Assembly (NCBI GenBank): GCA_036785375.1
Contig: JAWMAR010000971.1
Span: 372,001-436,000, forward strand
Reading direction: 5' to 3'
Length of the DNA stretch: 64,000 nucleotides
Source: Leucoraja ocellata
Lineage: Eukaryota
Within the stretch, counting starts at the first letter, position 1; each line of letters starts with the position of its first letter. Shown piece after piece: positions 1-12,731 of this stretch. The position numbers were made by a program, and so were the translations under genes. Under the pieces are notes generated by a model that saw nothing but the letters and a program-made list of their open reading frames with translations, did no database searches and had not been told where the DNA came from.

Positions 1-755
1 GTGCCTGTGGCCACTCTGGGCTAGGCTCAACGAAAGCCACCACTTATTTGCTCAGGTAAGTACGGATAAAACATCATGGTTTTTGCAGGCAGTTTTCGCA
101 GCTTACCAGACGAGTTACAAATTCTGTTCATGAAAAACACACCACTGGGAGTGAAGAATAAGCACCTGAGCTCCATGGATCACCCCATGCTATTGATATT
201 TCAATATCAGCTCGTGTCAATACAATGAAGTGTGGCTTTTTCACTTCAGCACCAATCATGTGTATTAGCCACAGTCTGGATCCAGGAAGCTAAAGACTCA
301 GACAGCTAATACTATTATCTCTTTCATTGACCATCTGAAACTGTGAGCATTCAAGTGTGCAGAATCTCTGAATTATTCCACTGATTACTCTCGGGTTTAT
401 ATGAAGGATGCTGCAGTGTTTTGTGCTGCCGTAAATGCCAAGACCTGATATTAACATATCATCTTAACAATATGAATACTGGCCATTCCAACGCCACAAG
501 TGCACACTGCCTTCTGCTGGTACATAACATTGTGGGGAGCGGATGAGAAAGTGGGATAACTTAGGACTATTATTTCCTTTATGAATCCAGACAACGTATT
601 GCTGGGCAATGTTTTACAATTTTTCTGAATCTTCCATTAGCATGTGAAAAATCATATTCCTAATCTCTGCAAATGACATTTGGCAGTTTCACATGCTCAT
701 TATGTGGAGGAGACGCAGGAAGAAAATCACATACATGTGGTCCCACCCCCTCCCA

Positions 756-772
756 ACACACACACACACACA
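756..772. repeat. (CA)n microsatellite
   Basis: acacacacacacacaca run. Confidence 0.85.
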
Positions 773-851
773 CCTTTATATGAAGGTCTCCATAGGAGAA
801 CTCCTGATCCCCAAGCTATCATTTAGCCGGTTTTACAGTGGCTAAATGATT

Positions 852-973
852 GGTTGGCACTGCCTCACAGCACCAGAGACCAGGGTTCGTCTGTGTGGAG
901 TTTGCACGTTCTCCCTGTCACCACGTAGGTTTCTCCAGGTGCTCAGATTTCATGACGTTGCTCTAAAAACTAA
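852..973 (+). mobile_element. HE1-like tRNA-derived SINE, internally deleted
   Basis: ctgcctcacagcaccagagaccagggttcg...tgtggagtttgcacgttctccc...ctctaaaaactaa; same motifs as the fuller SINE copies at 21573 and 35090. Confidence 0.75.
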
Positions 974-1479
974 AGAGCCTGTCCCACAAGCATGCGACTG
1001 CATGCGGCAAGCGCGACCAAACCGGAAGCGGGGGCTGCGCGGAGGTCGAGTGATCCCCATACAGGGCCTGTCCCATGAGCATGCGACTGCATGCGGCAAG
1101 CGCGACCAAACCGGAAGCGGGGGCTGCGCGGAGGTCGAGTGATCCCGTACGAGTTAACGTGAAGTTCGAGCGAAGGCGTACGCCGTCAAGACGCTGCGTA
1201 CGGCGTCAAGACGCTGCGTACGGCATCGAATGGCTGCGCACGCCCGTCGAGGCGGTGCGTACGGCCTTAATGTGGCTGCGGGCCGGCAGGCCGTTTCCGC
1301 GCGGAAACTTTGGACAGTATCAGTTTTTCGGAGCCCCGCACGATGTCGGGACAAGCTCCGCACAACTCCATACGGGTCCGGCGATCGAAATGGGACCGGC
1401 CCCACGAGGCCGTAAGGTTCAAGCGACCACGTCAGGTCGCGCTTGCCGCATGCAGTCACATGCTCGTGGGACAGGCCCT
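974..1479. mobile_element. Non-autonomous DNA transposon (MITE), PIF/Harbinger-type
   Basis: ~45-bp terminal inverted repeats (agagcctgtcccacaagcatgcgactgcatgcggcaagcgcgacc / ggtcgcgcttgccgcatgcagtcacatgctcgtgggacaggccct); TAA target duplication at 971-973 and 1480-1482; CpG-rich; no transposase ORF. Confidence 0.8.
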
Positions 1480-4400
1480 TAAGAAGAAAAAAAAAACTTT
1501 TACCGATTCGATCCTTTCCTCAGTCAGTGTTCACAAATAACTCGCCGCCTTCTGTAATCCCTTTGGCAATAAAACCTGGCACGAAAGGCTGCCTGTGCCA
1601 GTCAAAGGGCATGGCCCCAAAACAATATCAACCTAAGAACAAAGTCATTGGGATATTTATTTTGAAAACAACTTGCATGAGTAATGGTTCTGTGGTCTGT
1701 AGATTGTCGTATTCACCACACTGCAGCAAAACAAAAAACACTCATTTTCCAGATGTTCATTAATGAAAAATAGTTTTAAAACCTCGACATAACATTCTCC
1801 GAGATTAATATAAACTCTCATTTGGAAATAACAAATTCACAAGTGATAGATTGTAGGTTGAGCAAATACAAAAGCGGATTGTCAAAGGGGTTATTTTTTT
1901 TTAAATCTGAGCCCACTAATGAATAGCAACATGAAAAATCAACCAACTTTCTCAGAATAATTGCTGAGATTACATGAATACCAACCCAGGAAAGCCAGTT
2001 TTCCATTATAGTTAATAATTATAATGCTGAACCCACAAACAGACTTGTGCAGGCTCTTCCTTGCTCCCATTGGAATGAGGTATTAGTTTACAGGATACTG
2101 AATCCGTAACCAACCTATACAGTTGCCTCTAGAGAGGCAATAAAAATATCCAGACTAATATCAGAACAACAGAAGCTACAATTTCAACTAATTCAACAGT
2201 TGGGCTACATAAATACTTGCCCAGTTTAGTTGTAAATTAATCAGGTGTTAGAAACAGCTTGCCTCGGACACTGGTGTAATATACCTCTTCCATTAATGGA
2301 GTCATGCATATGCAATTGCCACACCTTTGCTCATGGAAATCTTTATTATATTTTTCTGCCGACCCTGATTAATCCTTCATGTACACACCAGGAGAGTATT
2401 TTATTACTGGAATTTTGGAGACAAGATATTAATTGCTTGTTCAGGTTATATTGTACACTTGTATCTCGCCTGGTTGGAGCAAAGGGTGAATGACTTGGCT
2501 TCAATCATGAACTTTACCTGCATTTTGACTCTTGGCCTGAACCTGACCATTTCAGCCAAAGCAGAGAGAGACCATATATCCCTCCATCCAGTCTGTGCAC
2601 AGCGCATCGAATGGCCAACCATAGACCGAGATCACTGACCTGAGAAAGGGTTGGTGATGCTACGAGAATATCAGCAGATGGAATCAATCCATCAAAAAAT
2701 CTATTCCACGTGCCCTATTAGAGAACACTCTGGCCAGCTTAGAATGATATTCCGGTATATTCTTCGTATATCCCTGTGGTATATTTTAACGTTACAGTGT
2801 AAATCACTTCCTGTAATTTTGCCCCTCGACTCCAACTCGCCCATTGTGATGTTCCATGCCCCTCATCATTTGCCAATTGCTCTCCCCCGGCCTCTGCAAC
2901 TTTCCCACTGATTATTCATTTCTCACGGGGGAGGGGGGGGGGGGCGAAGAAGAAATTAAAAGGCACCCCGCGGGGGTTTCCTCATTGTAGGTTACCCCGG
3001 CTGAGAGCCCTAGTGAACCTCCGCCTCGAACACACAGCGAGCGAGGATGAGTTTCGAGTGTGAAGTGCGAGACATCAGGTGCTCGCTTCACAATTCAGCT
3101 GTTCTGATCCGCGTCTCTTGCACATTCAAATTACGCTCAAGTACAGAAACATGCTGTATGTAGCCGAATGCACGGGACGACAGTGGCCCGTGAGAGACGA
3201 GAATAAATCAGCGTGGCCGCCCGCGATGAAAGGGTGGTCGATAGTGGATAATGTCTCGTCTTTAAACGCGGAGCCAGGGCTGAAGACTTATCACAGAGAG
3301 CCCAGCGACGGCAGCAGAGGCTGTGCATTATACGGCACACATATGGCGAGCAATCCTGCCTCTCTCATCCTCATCACCATCTCCCTCCAACCTGCTGTAA
3401 GCATATGGTGGAGATGGAGTAAACGGAAAATCACCTGCAGCCAAGTATTTGAGAGCAGCCAAAGCTGTGCTGTGGGAGTCAGGGTGAATTTGTTTAGCAT
3501 CTTGAATAGGCATTCGGCGGCCAGGTTAATGGCACATAGATCTCTCCTGTAATCTGTGCGCAAATTGAATTAGATAGAATCCATAACACAGAACCAGGTC
3601 GTGTGGCCCGACATTAAACATCCATATAACGTGTAAACCAGGCACAGATTTATACTTCATTGGCTACGAAGGATTCGTTCCCGAAGCAGGACGACATCGT
3701 GCAACACAAGGAGAGAATAATTGCATAAACATTTCAAAATGCTGGAGTAACTCAGAGGGACAGGCAGCGTCTCTGGAGAGAAGGAATAGGTGACGAAAAA
3801 CCAAAACTGATTTTGAAAGGGGGGGGGAATTCGTGCAGAGAAAAACCTCCAGAATGAAGCCTACATTTAACGTACATCAGGATGCAAGGAAAACCTGATC
3901 GAGGAAACTCTGGCAGGTAAGGGCTGAGGATTACCGATGCCCTAACACTAATTAGGGAATTGGACTGCTTCAAAGGACTGCAGAATGACCCAAAGAGATA
4001 AGGTAAATGCCCAAAACAGTCACCGTTGACAAAGATTCCCCCATCTGTGTATGTGTGTGTGTGTAGGGCAGTCATACCCTGGGGATTATGGCAGGGCTGT
4101 AGGTTCTTAGCCCTAATTACAAAGTCTCTCTTTGTACCACGCTTTGATCAAATAGGTTAATACAGGATTAGAGTTAATCGCATTGTGGTACTAAATAGCC
4201 CTTTCACTCACAACTGTGCTTTACAGTAAACGTGGATTAGAAACTGAACATATATTCTCATATTCAATCACAGATTTCCAAATTACCATTACATCCATGG
4301 AAATGGTTTTAGGATTCTTTAACGATCTAGTTGGATTACCAGAGGCATTTGTAAACCTCAAATGGCCAAGCCCTGGCTCAAGCGTCAAGAGTCATCAATG

Positions 4401-5377
4401 AGGCAAGTGAGTAATTGTCGCTTTACCCACAACCGAACAACATTTTTATTCTCAGCAGTATACAGGTCTGTAAACATAGAACTCATAGATAACATCTTTT
4501 TTTTTAAATTCAATAAAGTAAAAAAAAACCATATTAATGCAAAGAGTCCAAAGTCCTTAGTGCAATGAGACAGCTCACAGCTCACAGTTTAGTTAGTGTT
4601 TGCGGTGTTCAGAACCTGCTAGTAGCTGGCTGGGGTTGCTGCCCACTGTCAGGTATCTCCATGGAGCAGTCCAAGTCCCCGCCCATCACCGTCTCCTCCT
4701 TCACGATGCTGACTTCAGCAGACCCATTAAACAAAAGGAGCAAAGCAAGAAACATTTTTAAATGATTGTAATTGAGGCAGGAATGCAGCTCGGTAAATTA
4801 CAGCTCAGTAAATCTAATTGAGGGGTCCAGATGCTGATGTGAATCACAAGGCAAGCTCCTCTTGCAATTGGATTACTTCTGTCCATTCACCAGCAACGCC
4901 CTGTTATAAAATGGAGCAATACCACTTTGGACAATTCACTGGCGGGATGAGATTTGATGGCATTCAAGGACATCACCGATGGCAAAATAACAAAGGACGT
5001 CAAAGCTGAACCTGAAGGAATATTAAAGTTCTAATCACATGGGACCTTTGAACCCGACAGTATGAATAACATCTCCTACTTTGTACAGACTGTGACCTGA
5101 CCAATCAATATGTTTCTTGTGGTCACTGTTCCAGATACCAAGCATTGTGCTATGTGATGTGGAACTGAATACTAATGTACTCATATGCAAGCTCTTGGTT
5201 ATTTTAACAGAATTATACACCTGTAAAAATATCCCTGCATAATTGCAACACATGCTTTCGGTGTGACTCTTTTTTTCTTTCCAGTGGTCTTACCCAGCAA
5301 CATGTTCTGTGTGTTCCATGTATGACCTTTATATATCATTGCTCCATAACCATGTCCACACCTAGTCGTTCCTGTTG

Positions 5378-5573
5378 TATAGGAAGGAACTACCTAGGTA
5401 GATTCTGGTTTAAACCGAAGATAGACCCAAATAACTCAGTGGGTCAGACATCATCTTTGGAGAAAAGGAATTGGTGACGTTTCGGGTTGAGACCCCTCTT
5501 CAGTCTCCTATTCCTTTTCTCCAGAGATGCTGCCTGACCCGTTGAGTTACTCCAGCTTTTTGTGGCAACGATG
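5378..5573. mobile_element. Penelope-like short fold-back element with hammerhead core
   Basis: Inverted arms around a minus-strand CTGAAGA-G-GGGTCTCAACCC-GAAA-CGTC (5476-5503); 10-bp direct repeat gttcctgttg at 5368-5377 and 5574-5583. Confidence 0.7.
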
Positions 5574-8009
5574 GTTCCTGTTGCTTCATTCCCACCTCTC
5601 TCTGCTCACACAGCAATGTAAGATTGGGAAAATGTTAATAATGCTTTGGGATGGGTAGATAGGATGCCACTCTCAGTATTTTGCTTTTTAAAACCCGCTT
5701 TCCCATTTTTGGAATCTGTTTTAAGAAATGCTAATACACTAGAAATTTCAGAGAAGGAGCAGAATTCTTCCTGTGACGTTTCCCACTGGCACAGACTGGG
5801 GAGAGTTTCGGTATCAAGCATTTTAATATTGTGAATACGAACAACATGGCAATTCAATGAATATTTACACCAGTGTGGCGGTTTAATACATTTTGAGTTA
5901 TAAATACAGAATGCAGACAGGCAGTCAGGGTGTAAGGAAGCGTTACAAGATAACGTGCCAAGGATTGTTGAGTGCATTCAGTTGAATGTCATCAGTAAGT
6001 TAAGACTTTGCAACTTCATATCTCTCACTGACATTGCCCTAAACCAGCTTCACTTTGGGAAATGGATAAAGGGCAGGATACAATTAAACAAGAGGAAACT
6101 GATCATTGCCCTGCCAGTGAAACGTGTGGTGTGGTTCTTTACACCAGTACATCAGCACAAGCAGCATCTAAATTTAACATCTCACTGAAAGGCAGAGGTT
6201 TCACAGCCCATCTCTGACGTTTAACAGCCCAGCACTTCCTCATCACTTCCTCATGGGGGTATTGGTCTTGTGTTCAACGCTCAGAATTGGTCCTTCAGGC
6301 CATGGAAATGGATGTTTCTGCACACAAGTGCCACCTGACACAGGGAGGTTGGGTGGGAGATGACTGTGGGTCACCTCGGGATCAGAATGCCTTTCAGGTG
6401 AGTGGCTGGGGAGAGGGTATGAGTGGAGGTCTCCAGTGAGTACCATGCTTGGCCAGAGGAGGTGGGAAGAATAAGCAGGTGAGGAAATAGATGAGTGGGC
6501 AAAGATTGATGGATCGGGTTCAGGTCCAGGACCATGGGCTACCAGGACATGCGGTGGATAAAAGGCGAGCGTGGGATTATCCAGTGTGCAGTGCTCTGAG
6601 TGCAGAATATTCTGAGGAGCACCCAAAGGTGGGTGCCCACAGGACATCATTCACAGGCACTGTGGCAGAAGGGTTACCTGGGGGAAGCCCCAAGATCACA
6701 TGGACATTGTTTCACACGCACCTCATGCCATGAAGCGCCCTGGTCAATTTCTGGAGTGACGCGTAAGCACATTTCAGTTGTGGAGCGCTGTATTAAACAG
6801 TACACAACATCCGTTCTGGGCCACGGCCTGTTCATTTGGAACATCTGACTGTTCCACACTTATTCTGTTACCCACACTGAGAACAGGGCACATTCCGGCT
6901 TCGGTGGCAAGTTCCGAGTTCACAATGACGTTAGGCAGGCTGCATACTTGAAGCAAATTAATTGAAATACCCTAATGAATAAAAAATTACTCAATGCTAA
7001 AAAAAAAAAAAAGCTCATTTGCAACTAGTGACAGGATCAGTGTTCTGTAAACTGCAGATAAAAACGAAGCATTCATCTCTTCACATACAGTATAGACTAA
7101 TAAATTGCACATTCAGCAATTCCATCTTTACAAAATCACCACAATTCTTGGAGATATTTGTTTTATTACATTATAACTATAAAGCTTTGAAAATGTGCTT
7201 CATGACATTTGGCAGCAGCTCACTATATTTAATGTGCTCAGCATTAAACTAATTTTGGAGCACATGTTACATTTGCAGCAGGAATGTTATACCGATGCTT
7301 TAAGCCCATTGTGCTCACATTCAATGGAAATATCTCGGGTCGCTAACATTCAGTGTAGTGGAAACTGAAAGAGCCAAAAGTTTTATTATGCTCAGTGTTG
7401 ACAAAAATTAAAAGCGGTTCCTTTCCGTTTCTGCCAGCATCCACATTTCTGGCGCCAGCTCGGAAAACCTTCCACGTTGCTGGACTGAAGCCGGCTCTGG
7501 AACCTCAGGGTTTGGTTCTCACCCTCAGAGGTCCTTCAGAGTCCGAGCCAGCCATTGCTGGCTACTTCCCGCTGCTGTTGGCACACGGCCCACCTCAGCC
7601 CCTGCCTCTCCCAGCCTTGTCCGTGAGCTGTTTCCTCATCTCCTCCTCTCACCGTCACTCTCCACTTATTGTACAGCTCATGATATCACAGTCCCTCACT
7701 CTGTATGCCCCTTGCCCTCTGCTTTCCTCATTACATCATATTCCCACTGCACACACATCAAGGTCCAATCTCACACACCGTCCCAGCCCACTTGTGTAAT
7801 GCATTCTCTTCTTACATAAGTTCTGCTCTTCCAACCACAACCCAATGCTTGGCAACCATCTTTTGGAAAACAGTCCTTCAGTTGCCATGGGCCTCCTCTT
7901 TAGAACTCTCTCAAGATGAGTCATCTTGCCTTGCGATTAGTTGGAACATCCAGAAACCTCAGTGACATTTGCCTGTTACCTGACTGCATAGGAGAAAGCC
8001 ACTTTGAGC

Positions 8010-8140
8010 AAAACACAAAATGCTGGAGGAACTCAGCGAGTCAGGCAGCATCTGTGAACGGAACGGATAGGTGACATTTCTGGTCAGGACTATTCTCGAG
8101 ATGCTCAAGATTCCGGCATCTGCAGTTTCTTGTCTTCACA
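8010..8140. mobile_element. Penelope-like short repeat fragment
   Basis: acacaaaatgctggaggaactcagcgagtcaggcagcatctgtg motif shared with other copies in the window. Confidence 0.6.
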
Positions 8141-8224
8141 CACTTCCACTGATTTTCCGTATAACCTCCACATTTTTCAGTTTTTCCATCATCTCTCCAC
8201 GGTTTACACCATTCATCTCCACAT

Positions 8225-8470
8225 GAGGGCCCATTTACCCACCAACCCACATATCTTTGGGATGTGTAAGCAAGCTGAAGCACAGGGATACAAGGAGAAC
8301 ATGCAAACTCCACAACAGGGTTCCGGATCAAGCCCGAGGCTGAGCTACGAGGCAGCAGCTCTCCTTGATCCAACAGGGAGAACGTGCAAACTCCGCACAG
8401 ACAGCACCCGAGGTCAGGATCGAACCCGAGTCTCTGGGCTGAGAGCGACAGCTCTACCAGCTCCGCCACA
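8225..8470 (-). mobile_element. Two adjacent HE1-like SINE fragments
   Basis: gagaacatgcaaactccac and gagaacgtgcaaactccgcacagacagcacccgaggtcaggatcgaacccg (reverse B-box). Confidence 0.7.
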
Positions 8471-8619
8471 GTGTCGAATCTGTGTTTGGCTTTTCAAGCA
8501 TGATGTTGACGGTCGAGGACAGACGTGTTGGTGTGGGAGTTGGGAGTTGGAAGGAGAGTTGAAGTAACATGCAGACGGAAATGATCGGTGCTCCACAGCA
8601 GTCAGTGATCTACACTTCC

Positions 8620-8960
8620 AACCAGATTTATTCCTCTTCTGCTCAAGCCTGCCACCCCCATTCCCCAACCCCTGAGTCCATCTGCCCACCCTCCTCCCTG
8701 TCTGCCTCCCAGGCTTGGTCCCAAACTCCCCACCTGACCTGCTTCCATTTGCCCATCATACCTTTCCCATCCGGCTCCACCTATGTACCTTTTTGCCCCA
8801 TCCCCTATCCCTGCCCCCTCTCAGTCTGGATGCAGGGTCTCAACCCAAACCGTCAGACTCTACCTTCTGCCTCTACAGATGCTGCCTGATCAGCTGAGTT
8901 CTTCCACCGTTCTGTTTATGTTCTCGATTCCAGCACCGGTAATCACTCTTGTCGCCATTA
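8620..8960 (+). mobile_element. Penelope-like repeat, degraded
   Basis: C-rich segment followed by cagtctggatgcagggtctcaacccaaaccgtc...agatgctgcctgatcagctgagttcttcca. Confidence 0.55.
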
Positions 8961-9679
8961 ACAATGTTTGCTGACATTTTAGTGGTTGTGAAGGCACAAA
9001 GGACCTTTAATATTTTCCACAATGCCTCACAGAGCACTCACTCCTCTCCACAGAAAATTCTCTTTAATCCACAACATGGGTAAAACAAAAATCTCACAGC
9101 TTTTATGCACAATATATTATTTTTGAAACCAGTTACTGATCTTAAAACAACGGGCCCCATAATTCAATAAGAGAGCCAACATGTGAAATGTAAAAGCCAT
9201 GTTACTCTGTGGGGATGTTCGTGCTGTGAATGGTGGCATTGTGTTAAACAGCAAACTAAGTGCATTTTGGAACAATATTAAAAGCAACTGGAAGATTGAG
9301 TATAAAATTGCACATTTTAGTTAGAAAAATTCCCCACTAGATTTCCTATTTCTGAAACAATGCTAGGAAATTAAATGATAATGCATTCAAACAAATCTGC
9401 AAAATCCATTTACAATTCTGGGAATTACATTTCAACTGGACTCCAAAATAAATCTTTAATTAAGGTAGAGCAGCACTGTACAATTTAAGTCCCAAGAATG
9501 GGCTCAATTAATTTACCAGTGAGAGTGTCCAGGCAGTCAGATCAGTGATAGATGGTTTGTGGTTTTAATATCTACCATCATTATCATACCATTTATTTAA
9601 TTAATTAGAAATACAAAGAAATGAGCAATCTGCAGCTAAAGTGCAAGCCAGCATCGCTCACCGAACTGGATCTTAGTTT

Positions 9680-9800
9680 CACATCAGAAGGTACGAGTTT
9701 AAACCTATTCCACGGTTCAGCTACGCAGTTGTGACAGGGAGCAGTGAGGGATCACTGCATTAATGGAGGTTCGACGCTGGACAAGGTTTTAGCCCATGGG
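9680..9800 (+). mobile_element. Ancient Deu-domain SINE (SacSINE1/AmnSINE-like) remnant
   Basis: tcagaaggtacgagtttaaacctattcca...gcagtgagggatcactgcattaatggagg resembles the recalled consensus head and core; highly degenerate. Confidence 0.35.
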
Positions 9801-12627
9801 ATGATTTAAAATTCCAGCACAACAATGTCCCGGAGTTCAAAATTGTAGAGTGTATCTGTCTACGTGAAAAAAAGAATTTAATTTCACTGGAGTTTCATTG
9901 ATAACCAAAGGTGACATTACCTAAGATTTACAAATGCTGTCGTGTAAATGAGACTCTGACCCTTCAGTGATCCGCTGAAACATGCAACAGCAACGAAACA
10001 ACGATGTCGTGATAAATGTCAGGCGTGAATCATCCTAATCTGCCGCTTGTGATGTTTAATTAGATATTAAGGTCTGAGCTCCTCCTGATGTCTGGCCATC
10101 AGGGCTTTTAAGTAAAGATGGATCTACACTGCCACATTCAATGAATTTTTCATGTCAAGAATGAAATATCACTTTTATTCCTTTAAAGGAGTCACAGATA
10201 AAATGAATAGCTGGAACTTTACAAGGGATTATCAGATCGGACTGACTGACATATTATAGCCATGCTACAAGTTCAGGCCATAGAAAATACTTCATTGTTT
10301 TTAAGACGGGAAAAAATGCGTGTTATCGCAGAGGCAGGGCACTCCATTCACGCCAGGTAATACAAACGAGGCACACAACGCAGACTGGGACAGCTTTTGA
10401 GATTCTGCCCCCTTTTGTCTCTTTCCTCGGAGTTCCTGCTCAGCGGAGAGGAAATGGTGTTAGTTGAACACCGAGGTGTTACCCAGTGTGTTGTATCTCT
10501 GCCCCAGTGTGGGGGCTGCCACTTTTCCACAGTCAATCCCACGTCTATCCACAACACCAATCTTTGTTCATACAGCATCGTTAGCAAACGAAAACATAAC
10601 AAGAGCATTCTGACACCGAGAAACAAGAGGTATTATGACAGATATCAAACGCTCTGTCCGAAAGGCACAGTTTAAGGATCTAAATGGAGAAAGGAGTGAA
10701 CGAGAAGTTACGGAAAACCAGGAGTTTGACAGCTGAATGCCAATGGTGGAACACATCAACCAAGGTACATGGAAGAGCTTAGAAAATAGATGTGGTGTGA
10801 TTTTACAGACTGTAGCACAATGAGTTTACAGATATTGGGAAAGTTATCAAACCATACAAGAATGTGAAAAAAAGGATTAAAATGTCAAAACTTGTGGTGT
10901 TGATTTACGTAGGTGAACAGACTATTGATGTCACCTCAGATATCTTCAATTCACAGTCCATCCCCTGCCCTCCTCCAAACTCTGCAATACGAAGGTTTGG
11001 AGGTCAGTAGTCCAGTTTACGCCTCGAGTCAGGTCAGCTCCGTGTTTATGGAACCCGCGTAAGACTTGCAACTACTGATGATTTGTATCACCCTCTCAAA
11101 CAAGAGTCCCGACCTGAAACGCCACCTCCCCATGTCCTCCAGAGTTGCTGCCTGACCCACTGAGTTGCTCCAGCACTTTGTGTTCTGTGCATCATCACTT
11201 GAAGGCAATCATTCCACAAAGGTCCCATCTCACAGTAACATCCTAACCCTTGTCCCTTCTCCCTTCCTGAAAGGTTCATTTTATCACTTGTACTCTGTTG
11301 ATGGAGACACCTCCAAAGCAAAGCAACCCTAGCGAGGCTGAATTAGTGTGTATTGCAACCTTCTGGAGTGGCAGCACAGTACAGGCACTCGACTGGGTAT
11401 AGACAGTGTGCCAGGGAACCACATGAAGCCTTGCACTTCGCTACACGTTATAATAAACTAAACGGAGCTGAACTGAGACACCCACCATCAACGTCAGAGG
11501 CTCATGCAGAGCAGATATCATCACATGTCTGGCGCGGAGAGTTTTTCAATGCAGTTTTTGCACTCATTGTGCTGAAACTTATTTTTAATGGGATAGTTTT
11601 CAAACCAGAAAGGAACGTGAGAAGCAGATTGGATGGCAAACGGCTGATGACAAGATACTCTTCAAGGCTCACTGAGCAACACTGGGTGGGCATTTCAGTG
11701 ACCGAATACCTTTCAGCAAAATGAGTGCCAGAATTTCAATGAGAAACTTAATTTGCCATTCATGCTGGTGATATATGCAAAAGTAAACCGATGGGTTTAA
11801 TGGTGCCTATCATGGTAAATGAATCAAACATGTAATGACCTGTGGAGAGGAAGAGATGCCATGTAAAATGTAAAAACCACACAATGCTGGATGATGCACG
11901 TCCACCTTATTAAAGCAGCAACGTGTCCTCAACTGGCTTTCAAGAGTTTAACACCTTTGCTCGCCATATGCCCGCTTAAATTGTTGCTCAATAATAGGGC
12001 TGGTATTTACAGTGAGTATCTATTCAATATTGAGATATATAATCTATTTGATGCAATCACAGACATTCTCTTAGTTTCAATTTCCATTTTTCACTTTTCC
12101 TATGTATCTCTTTGTTCTCTCTCTCTTAATCTTTCTGTTCCATTCTGTTTCTCTCCATGTAACCGGATGACTCCAATTCACCTCAGTTGCTCTTCCCTTC
12201 AATTTCTCTTCCCTTCTCTGTCCTTGTATGACAGCTGGTGTCTGCCAATTTCCGAGGTCAAAGTTTACGGGGGAGACTCCAGCTAAGATGCTCCAGCAGG
12301 ATCTCGGTCACTACATTAATGTGCAACAGCACAAGAGCATTGCAACCAGAAAGTGTAACTCGCTTCCGAAGAGGACAGATCTCTGCCATCGAGAGTAAAT
12401 GGACTCTTGCAACACCACTGACCGAACATCAGCCAACCTCCACATCATCTCCAGTCCTTGGCTGGATTCCAGTCGGCACAGCGGCCGGCGCAGAACTACA
12501 GCCTCACAGCACCAGAGACCCGAGTTCAAACCTGACCTTGGTTGCTGTCTGTGTGGAGTTTGCAGGTTCTCCCTGTGACTGCGTGGGTTTCCTCCAGGTG
12601 CTCCGGGATCCTCCCACATCCAAAGAC

Positions 12628-12731
12628 AATAGACAATAGGTGCAGGAGTAGGCCATTCGGCCCTTCAAGCCAGCACCGCCATTCAATGTGATCATGGCTG
12701 ATCATCCACAATCAGTACCCCGTTCCTGCCT
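12628..12731 (-). mobile_element. CR1/HER1 LINE 3' tail (part of 18S chimera)
   Basis: aatagacaataggtgcaggagtaggccattcggcccttcaagccagcaccgccattcaatgtgatcatggctgatc nearly identical to the CR1 3' ends at 39767-39890 and 29890-29986. Confidence 0.9.

Noticed and set aside
1-61. Strong donor cag|gtaagt at 53-61
   Set aside because: The upstream exon would be cut by the window edge and no frame gives a recognisable peptide.
1075-1482. 135-aa and overlapping GC-rich ORFs
   Set aside because: They lie inside the MITE; open only because of high GC content; no transposase motifs.
11352-11363. attgcaaccttc matching part of the HDV-like ribozyme
   Set aside because: 12-nt match only; no P1, P3 or 3' P2 strands.
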